Positions 46,163 through 53,235 of a stretch of DNA of 64,000 nucleotides are shown piece by piece. The position numbers were made by a program, and so were the translations under genes. Below the pieces are notes generated by a model that saw only the letters and a program-made list of their open reading frames with translations, ran no database searches and was not told the DNA's origin. Positions within the stretch are counted from its first letter, which is position 1, and each line of letters opens with the position of its first letter. Source of the stretch: Phycisphaerae bacterium (GTDB lineage: Bacteria; Planctomycetota; Phycisphaerae; UBA1845; Fen-1342); contig CAXXWX010000026.1 in the NCBI GenBank assembly GCA_963675745.2, positions 224,001-288,000 of the forward strand, written 5' to 3'.

Positions 46163-48514
46163 TTACTTGCTGAGCAACGCCACAAAAGCGTCGATATCCG
46201 CGTTGTTCAGCAGGCTATCCTGATTGCAGTCGGCCAGGTTGATGTCGCAGCCGGGATAGGTGACGCCGTACACACCCGGATCGGTGATCGCGAGCAGGAA
46301 CGCGTCGATGTCGCCGTTGTTCAGGAGTCCGTCGCAATTAATGTCGCCCAGAGCATACCCGCTCTGCGCCTGCACACCCCAGATCTCCACGTCGTCGATG
46401 TTCCAACCACAATAGCGCCACGATCCGTCGGTGGTGCCCATGGTCCAGCGGATGTACAGGTTCGGCGCGCCGTCGGCCTGTGCGGAGATGTCATACTCCA
46501 CGAGCTGCCAGGTCGAGTCCTCGACGTAATCGCTGTTCTCCCACACGGTCGTGAAGGTGGTGCCATTGGTGCTCACGGCCAGATAGGCGTGATCGTACGC
46601 AGGCCTTTCCACGCCCAGGTAGCGACGGAATCGCAGCGTGACTTGGCTCAGATCCGTGCAGTCGATCGCGGTGGTCGTCAGATGCTCCTGCCCGAGATTG
46701 TTGGCGTAGTCACCGGCGAGGTTGTAGCCGTAGACGTAAAGCCCGGTATAGCCGCTGGTCGGGTCGCTGGAGCCATACTCGCCGCCATCGCCTGTCGGCT
46801 GGCCGAACGCCCATTGTCCCTGCGTGGTCCAGCTCGGGTCGGTGTCCATCGGGAAGCTGTAGATCAGCGTCGGTGTGCCGACAGTCAGGCTGACGTCGCG
46901 CGTCGTGTCACCGTCCCCGTCCGCCAGATTCTGGAACATCAGCGTGTCTGAGTAATCGCCGTTGGGCAGACCATCGGCGGTGGCATTGATGGATGCCGTC
47001 ACCAACTGCGAGGCGCCGCCCCCGAGATAACCGGTTGCGTTTGTCAGCGTCAGCCAGCCGGCGGTCTTGCTGACGCTGTAGTTGAAGCCGGTCGTACCGA
47101 GGTTTTCGACCGTGTACACGATGCTGGCGGGCGCGAACGGGCCGCCGTTGGGGCCTTCGGACGCGAATCCCGTGCTGGGCGTGACCTTCATACCGGTCAG
47201 CGGCGTCCCCCCATACGCATCCAGCGCCGTCTGTCCGGTACTGAGCGGGTCAAGCCAGTCACTGAGCCGGGTTGACGAAGTCCCGCCGCCGCTCCACGAG
47301 CGTGAGAACCTTCCGTACCAGTCGGATGAGTCGTTGCCGCAAGCCGCGTAGCCGCCGTGCAACTGCCCGACCACGCGCTGATTCTGGTCGAACAGCGGCG
47401 AGCCGGACGAGCCGGGCTCGGTCGTACCCAGATCCCAGTCGATCACGCGGATGTGCGTGCCATCGCCGGGCGTGCTGGTGCCCAGATAGCTGGTTGTCGT
47501 ACAGGCGTCATACTCGAAGCTGATCGATTTCTCGTCAGTGCTCGGATGGTGGATCGCGACGGCGCTGGTCGGGTTCGAAGTGCTGCGGTCCCAGCCGGCG
47601 TAGACGACGTCAAACGCCTCGTCGGGCAATTCATCGAGTTCGACAAGCGTGAAGTCCGAAGTGCTGTAGGTCGCGCGGAAGTATGAGCCAGTCTGGTTCT
47701 GCGCGAGTGACCCACCACCCTGCTGACCGCAGGTCGGGCTCTCGAAGTTCCAATAGACAACCAGCGAGGCGGCGTTGCCCGAGTTGATGCCGCAGTGATT
47801 GGCGGTCATGAAGTACGGCGTGCCGTCCTGGGCCGTGTTGTTGACCATGAAGCCGGTGCAGAACGTTGAGCCACCGGTGGAAATCACGCCGACGGACTTG
47901 ATCTGATCGCGCCAGCCATCGCCCTCGGGGCAGACGACGTCAATGTTGCACGAACCGGATTTGTCGGCGAGGATTTCACCAAAATAGCGGTAACCGACGT
48001 TGATGGCGGTCAACTCCAGTTCGAGCTGATCCACCAGATCGCGCGCCAGCGTAACCTCAACGACGATGTCATCCGACAAGACGACCGGCGTCCAGAGCTC
48101 TCCGTGTGCCTCGTTGTCGGCATCGCTGAACGTCTGAAGGCGGTAGCTGCCATCAGCGGCGTAGATGAACAGCTTGCCGCCCGGCGGCATCATGTAGCGC
48201 GTGAAGCCCAGGTTGAGTGACAGCGCGCCGGGGGATGTTATATGCAAACGCCACAGGCGCGTGTTCTCGTCGAGATCCTCCCAGGTCCCGTCGAGCGCCG
48301 GCACGAGCAGCGTCTCGTGCGGCACGGCAAAGCGCGGCGGTAGTCCCTCGCTCTCACGCAGGTCGTCTTCGGCACGCACGTCTTCGAGGATGAGTGCGGG
48401 AAGGTTAACGCTGCTGACCGCTTCGAGCGGCTGGCGCGCCGCAGCCGATGACACGGTGAGCGTGAGTAGAAACAGACAGATGATGGCACAGGTACAACGA
48501 CGGTTTCCGAGCAT
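46163..48514 (-). CDS. Secreted trypsin-like serine protease (lysyl endopeptidase-like) with accessory beta domains and C-terminal dockerin-like domain
   Basis: Propeptide; SGSCNIDVVCP, TANHC (His), SDFTLVEL (Asp), TEPGSSGSPLF (Ser), GQLHGG; AAGGAGG RBS. Confidence 0.92.
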   Translation of the reverse strand: MLGNRRCTCAIICLFLLTLTVSSAAARQPLEAVSSVNLPALILEDVRAEDDLRESEGLPPRFAVPHETLLVPALDGTWEDLDENTRLWRLHITSPGALSLNLGFTRYMMPPGGKLFIYAADGSYRLQTFSDADNEAHGELWTPVVLSDDIVVEVTLARDLVDQLELELTAINVGYRYFGEILADKSGSCNIDVVCPEGDGWRDQIKSVGVISTGGSTFCTGFMVNNTAQDGTPYFMTANHCGINSGNAASLVVYWNFESPTCGQQGGGSLAQNQTGSYFRATYSTSDFTLVELDELPDEAFDVVYAGWDRSTSNPTSAVAIHHPSTDEKSISFEYDACTTTSYLGTSTPGDGTHIRVIDWDLGTTEPGSSGSPLFDQNQRVVGQLHGGYAACGNDSSDWYGRFSRSWSGGGTSSTRLSDWLDPLSTGQTALDAYGGTPLTGMKVTPSTGFASEGPNGGPFAPASIVYTVENLGTTGFNYSVSKTAGWLTLTNATGYLGGGASQLVTASINATADGLPNGDYSDTLMFQNLADGDGDTTRDVSLTVGTPTLIYSFPMDTDPSWTTQGQWAFGQPTGDGGEYGSSDPTSGYTGLYVYGYNLAGDYANNLGQEHLTTTAIDCTDLSQVTLRFRRYLGVERPAYDHAYLAVSTNGTTFTTVWENSDYVEDSTWQLVEYDISAQADGAPNLYIRWTMGTTDGSWRYCGWNIDDVEIWGVQAQSGYALGDINCDGLLNNGDIDAFLLAITDPGVYGVTYPGCDINLADCNQDSLLNNADIDAFVALLSK

Positions 48515-48799
48515 TTGGTTTGCCCTCCTTTAGTGCGTCCGTTAAGTGCCCAACGTTTGACCCGTTTGATCACAGATTGTCGGGGCCGTCTCGTGCAGAG
48601 ATACGGCGAATTGCGTCGACGACCACCGGCCGAACCTCCGCGCGGCATCCGCCGGCTACGAGATTAGCGCATAAAGACAGCGCGCGGCCACAAGCAATTG
48701 TATGGCCTGCGACGCCGGAACCCAAAGCGAATCTTCAGATGCCAGTGTTGCCGGGCAATCCGCAGTCGCATGAGCACTCCGCGTGACGGACGCGCGCAC

Positions 48800-48835
48800 A
48801 AAAAACCCGATCCGCCGGCGGCGGGGCGGATCGGG
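48800..48835 (-). terminator. Rho-independent terminator
   Basis: Minus strand CCCGATCCGCC-loop-GGCGGATCGGG followed by TTTTTT. Confidence 0.85.
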
Positions 48836-48890
48836 CACGTCAAGAGAGAAGGAGGAGGGTAGGTTCTCAGGGACGCCGGCGCGGCCGGCG

Positions 48891-49076
48891 CTAACCCGTT
48901 TCATCCTGCTTTGGTGGCCGGCGCACGGCCGGCGGCTCCGCTTCAACAATCGCCATGCGCGGGCGATAGGGGAATACCCCCAGTTCGCGACGGATTCGGC
49001 CCGTGCGCGTCGCAGGCCGTGGCAACTTGGCAGCAAGGCCGTTGCTGATCAGGATTCTGCTGACGCGGCGGATCAT
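48891..49076 (-). CDS. Putative small basic protein (61 aa)
   Basis: GGGAG then ATG 49076; MIRRVSRILISNGLAAKLPRP...; followed by a strong terminator. Confidence 0.4.
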   Translation of the reverse strand: MIRRVSRILISNGLAAKLPRPATRTGRIRRELGVFPYRPRMAIVEAEPPAVRRPPKQDETG

Positions 49077-49296
49077 TGGTCTTACTCCCGGTTTGCTTCG
49101 CAACTACCAATCGCCGACTTCACTCGGCCGGCCTACCAACTGTTAGCGCGATTGACGGCGGATCTGACACAGATTCGCCAAATAGCATGACGGCGCGCTA
49201 AGGTATTTCCCCGATGCCGAGGATTCCCCCCTGGCAGCGCGCGATCGGCTTGCCGTGGACGATCAGTGCTCAGAGTGTTCGCGGTGGGCGATTCTA

Positions 49297-49334
49297 CAAC
49301 AAAGCGGAGCATCGCCCGGTTGACGATGCCCCGC
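49297..49334 (-). terminator. Putative terminator downstream of the 103-aa gene
   Basis: Minus strand GCGGGGCATCGTC-loop-GGCGATGCTCCGC then TTTGTT. Confidence 0.6.
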
Positions 49335-49375
49335 TGCCGTGCAGTTACTATTGAAAGGTGGTCCGCTAGTGGTCG

Positions 49376-49687
49376 TTAGCTTGTCGGCGTGACCTTTACC
49401 CACCTCGTGACGCTTTCGAGATCGCGGATCACATCCAGCGTGGCGCGGACGTTGTACTGCGTGCCCGCACTCAGATCCACGTTGGGACGCGAGCGCATCT
49501 GGTGATGCCACCAGCGACCGCCTCGGATCTTCTCCTGCCACGACGGGCGTTTGTCCTTCATCACGCGGTGAGATTTCGCCACGACCGGGTCCTTACGGCA
49601 GACCCGAAAGAGCGTTTTTTCCGCCGCCGCCTTGCGCGGTGTCGTCGTTATCTCGATGCGGACCATGCTGCCGGGTGTAATATCCAT
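49376..49687 (-). CDS. Small basic hypothetical protein (103 aa)
   Basis: GGGAG RBS, ATG 49687, coding-like codon usage, own terminator. Confidence 0.78.
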   Translation of the reverse strand: MDITPGSMVRIEITTTPRKAAAEKTLFRVCRKDPVVAKSHRVMKDKRPSWQEKIRGGRWWHHQMRSRPNVDLSAGTQYNVRATLDVIRDLESVTRWVKVTPTS

Positions 49688-49789
49688 CAGGGTACTCCCA
49701 CAATGACGAATTACAGAGCACCGCAGTATATCGACCCGCCCGCGCGCTGCCAAGGCCCCGCTCCGCAAATCTGCCCGGCGCCGGTGGCC

Positions 49790-50845
49790 TCAGCCGTAGC
49801 GTCGAACCGCTTCCAGGAAAGCGACGATGTTCTCGCGCGGGATGTCCGGCTCGTCAATATCGTAGGCCGGGCACAGCACCAGCCCCGCCCGCCCCAAGGT
49901 CTCAATGCGTAATCGGACCTCCCGGCGGATTGAGTCCGGCGTATCCAAGCTGAACGTGGTCTGGCGACCGATCGTGCCCCACAGCGCCAGATTCGGCCCA
50001 TGCTTTCTCCGCACCGCTTGAGCGTCCATGTGCTCGGGCTGCAACGGATTCAAGGCGTTCACGCCGATTTCGACCAAATCCTCGATGATCGGCGTAATCG
50101 TGCCGTCGCTATGGTAGACCACGCACAGGTCCGGTTTTACGGCGCGGGCGTCACGAATGATCCCGGCCATCCTCGGCTTGAAGAACCTGCGCCACAGGTC
50201 GGGACTGATGAACATCGTACCCGGGATGCCCACATCGTCATCCAGCGCCAGCAAGTCCACGCCGGCAGCCGCCAGCGCCACGGCGTTTCGCCGCGCCAGG
50301 CCCGCCAGCCTATCGAGCAGGAAATCAGCCCAATCGGGGCGTTTGACCAGGTCGAGCAGGAACGCCGACAGGCCGCGCAGACGCCACGCCGACTCGAACA
50401 GCTCGCCGCCCAGATGGGGAAGGTTGCCCCCCACAGCCAGGCCGCGGGCGTGCCAGGCTGCAACTTTCTCGCTCAAATCGTCAACACGATAGGGACGACT
50501 CGTGTCCGGAAAGGGATACGCGCGCAAGTCGTCCAGTGTGCGGGCGTGTGCCAGGGGGTTGCGATCGTCCAGCGACTCGGGGTGATAGTCACAGCGCTCG
50601 TACGTTAGGACCTGCCCCGGCGTGCCCAGGCGCGTGTCGAACGGCAGACGTTCAACCCGCTCCGCCAGCGCCCGCTCCTCTGGCGACATGGGCGTCCGGA
50701 TGAAGTGTATATCTACCAGCTCATCCCACTGCGCGCCCCGCGGCGCGGGGTGCGCAAGATCGACATGGTAGAAGCCCAGCGCACATGGAACACGGTCCGG
50801 CGTGCCGCCACGCAAAGCGGTCAGGAGTCGCTCACGCGAGTTCAT
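49790..50845 (-). CDS. Uroporphyrinogen decarboxylase-family protein (MtaA/CmuA-like)
   Basis: MNSRER..G.PDRVP, AWRLRG, DDDVG, YHSDG, LNPLQPE, LWGTI motifs of the URO-D superfamily. Confidence 0.9.
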   Translation of the reverse strand: MNSRERLLTALRGGTPDRVPCALGFYHVDLAHPAPRGAQWDELVDIHFIRTPMSPEERALAERVERLPFDTRLGTPGQVLTYERCDYHPESLDDRNPLAHARTLDDLRAYPFPDTSRPYRVDDLSEKVAAWHARGLAVGGNLPHLGGELFESAWRLRGLSAFLLDLVKRPDWADFLLDRLAGLARRNAVALAAAGVDLLALDDDVGIPGTMFISPDLWRRFFKPRMAGIIRDARAVKPDLCVVYHSDGTITPIIEDLVEIGVNALNPLQPEHMDAQAVRRKHGPNLALWGTIGRQTTFSLDTPDSIRREVRLRIETLGRAGLVLCPAYDIDEPDIPRENIVAFLEAVRRYG

Positions 50846-50924
50846 CAGGCTCCTCGCCGGCCGACTGTCTGGTGCGGGAGGTTGCGGATGGGCAACCTCC
50901 TCCGGCGGGTTCTGCGCCCCGCCG

Positions 50925-53021
50925 CTATTCCTGCTTCAGCCGACGGATCTTGATATTGCGATACGCAACGCGATCGCCGTGGTCTTGCAGGGCGATGTGA
51001 CCCGTTTTCTCCCGGCCGTAGTCGGGCATGCTTTTGAACTTGCTCGCATCGTAGCGCTTTTGCCAATCGGCGCTGAACAGCTCGTATTCGAGGAGCTTCT
51101 TGCCGTTGAGCCAGTGCTCGATGTGGTTGCCGTCGGCCACCAGTCGTGCCTGGTTCCACAGGCCCACCGGTTCGGTCACATCCTCACACGGTGCATGGAG
51201 CGCGTAATTCGACCCGGCGGAGGTCAGCGCATTACGGCCGTCGGCGTGCTCGGTGTTGTCAAGCACCTGCATCTCGGGGCCGGTCCGCCAAACCGCGTCG
51301 TACTCTTCGCTGACGCGGAAGAATATGCCGCTATTGCCGGCGGCGCAGATGCGCCAATCGATCCGCAGCTCAAAGTTATCGAACTGCTCAACAGTGACAA
51401 TGTCGCCGCCCGAGCTCAGACGAGTCAGACATCCGTTGTGAACCTGCCAGCCGTCGGGCATGTCCGGCTTGCGGAATCCGCGCCAGCCGGCGGTGGTCCG
51501 CCCGTCAAACAGCAACTCCCAACCCGCGGCGCGCTCCTCGTCCGTCAGCACATTCTGCGGCGGTTGAGGCGGCTGCGGCAGCGTTTCGCCGGCGCGTTCC
51601 CGCGGGAGCTTGTGCAGCGTGTACCAGGCTTCGGTACTCAGCGGCGGTTCGCCATCCTCCGAAATGCACGGTGGCAGCAGACGCACATAAACCACGTGTC
51701 CGGGCTTCAGCTCATCGACGGCTAGAAACACACGCCGCCGATCCGCTGAGACGCCGGCCGACCTTACAGGCGTTCGCGTTCCGTCGCGCGCCGGGCGCTG
51801 TCCGGTGGTGATGTCGAATGGCCACTGCTCGACGAGATATGATTCGGGGTCCCAGCCGACGCGCGGATCGAGCGGCCTGGTGAACTCGATCTCGAGGCCG
51901 TTGGTCATCATGCGCACGCCGGCGATTTCAAACACTGTCTTGCCGGTCGCTTGCAGACGTTGCCATTGCGGCGTACCGGCCGGTCCCGGTCGTTCAACGT
52001 AGATTTCGCCATCTTTGCCCATGAGGATTGAGCGAACACCACCCTCCTGTGGGCCGGCGAAACGCAGGACGCAACCCGCGGCCCGCTCAGAGTACTCGTC
52101 GGCGAATACGCGCCAGATGCCACCGTTGACAAGATCACCGACGAGTGTTTGCCCGGCGAACGGCCCCTCGGAGACCACGCGCACGGCGCTCTGCATGACC
52201 GCGCCAACCTCAGCGGGCAGCCAGGCATAGACCGGCACTTCCGGCAAACTGTTGCGGTTCATCGTGGGAAAACGGCGGGTGCTGTGGGCGGGCGTCGTTT
52301 CGGTGGCCAGCTCGGCGCGGCCGGCGAACACGTCATACCCCGGGTGCATGCCCTCCAGCGGCGAACCGTCACCAGGACGGCCCCGCCGTAGCGGTGTGAC
52401 AAACCGTTTCCGGCCCGGCGCAGTTTCGCGTGAAGCCGCGGCGTCATGTTTGAGCTGCCGCGCGGGCACCAGCGAGAACTCGCCCGCCTTGGCGGACGGC
52501 GGCTGCCACTCGAGCAGCAGACGTTCGCCACCCCCCATCTCAAAGTGCCGGATGAGTAACGTGTGCAGCCCGCTCGCCAGCGTGATGGCTCCGTCCTTGG
52601 GCGTAGCGCCGTGTGGGCCATCGTGGTCGACCACCAGCTTGTCGTCGATCCACAGCTTTGAGCCGTCATCGCTGATCAGCCGGAATACATAGTCGCCCGC
52701 CGTCTCGATCTCGACATATCCGGCGACGGTGGTCAGGAAGTTGTCTTTGAAGTCGCCGAACCCGCCACTACCATCACCGAAGTCGATCGTCGTGCGGACC
52801 TCGGCCAGGTTGGGCAGTTGGCCCGGCACGAGATCGGGCAAGGCGTAGACCGCCTGCTGAATATCATAAAGTTCGAGCAGTACGCCCGGGGCGGTTTCCG
52901 GCACAGTGACGGGTTCGAGCGGCAGGTCGCGCTGAGCTCGACCTACCCGACTTGGTTGTGCCGTAAGCGGGGTGGTGGCGAAGAGTGCCAGCAGGCAGAA
53001 CGCAGTTGTTTGTCGCAGCAT
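50925..53021 (-). CDS. Secreted PA14-domain protein with C-terminal DUF1080 (3-keto-disaccharide hydrolase-like) domain
   Basis: Signal peptide; YVFRLISDDGSKLWID..DHDGPH (PA14); GWELLFDG, NSGIFF, GPEMQVLD, GHIALQDHG..YRNIKIR (DUF1080). ATG start at 53021. Confidence 0.9.
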   Translation of the reverse strand: MLRQTTAFCLLALFATTPLTAQPSRVGRAQRDLPLEPVTVPETAPGVLLELYDIQQAVYALPDLVPGQLPNLAEVRTTIDFGDGSGGFGDFKDNFLTTVAGYVEIETAGDYVFRLISDDGSKLWIDDKLVVDHDGPHGATPKDGAITLASGLHTLLIRHFEMGGGERLLLEWQPPSAKAGEFSLVPARQLKHDAAASRETAPGRKRFVTPLRRGRPGDGSPLEGMHPGYDVFAGRAELATETTPAHSTRRFPTMNRNSLPEVPVYAWLPAEVGAVMQSAVRVVSEGPFAGQTLVGDLVNGGIWRVFADEYSERAAGCVLRFAGPQEGGVRSILMGKDGEIYVERPGPAGTPQWQRLQATGKTVFEIAGVRMMTNGLEIEFTRPLDPRVGWDPESYLVEQWPFDITTGQRPARDGTRTPVRSAGVSADRRRVFLAVDELKPGHVVYVRLLPPCISEDGEPPLSTEAWYTLHKLPRERAGETLPQPPQPPQNVLTDEERAAGWELLFDGRTTAGWRGFRKPDMPDGWQVHNGCLTRLSSGGDIVTVEQFDNFELRIDWRICAAGNSGIFFRVSEEYDAVWRTGPEMQVLDNTEHADGRNALTSAGSNYALHAPCEDVTEPVGLWNQARLVADGNHIEHWLNGKKLLEYELFSADWQKRYDASKFKSMPDYGREKTGHIALQDHGDRVAYRNIKIRRLKQE

Positions 53022-53235
53022 GTGGAGCGTCCTTTGTGATCGGGTGTTCGACTTGTACTGAACATCGACAGCATATCGCGGCGGCACAAAAGGCGAAACT
53101 CCACGCCGACACGCAAGCCACCAGGCCGGCGTCGCCGTGCTCGACGGCCCTTGCGAACCGGGGGTATCATTGCGACGGCAATATGCCGTTGAAAATCCAC
53201 CAGGCGCTCGACATTCCACCAGGAGTACAGCCACG

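Noticed and set aside
48505..48535. c-di-GMP-I riboswitch suggested by GGCAAACC
   Set aside because: The motif lies between the SD and the start codon of the protease gene, and the rest of the aptamer is missing.
53049..53066. GTTC-N10-GAAC palindrome as a LexA box
   Set aside because: The spacing does not match LexA motifs I know, and the flanking genes are not SOS genes. It could still be another operator.
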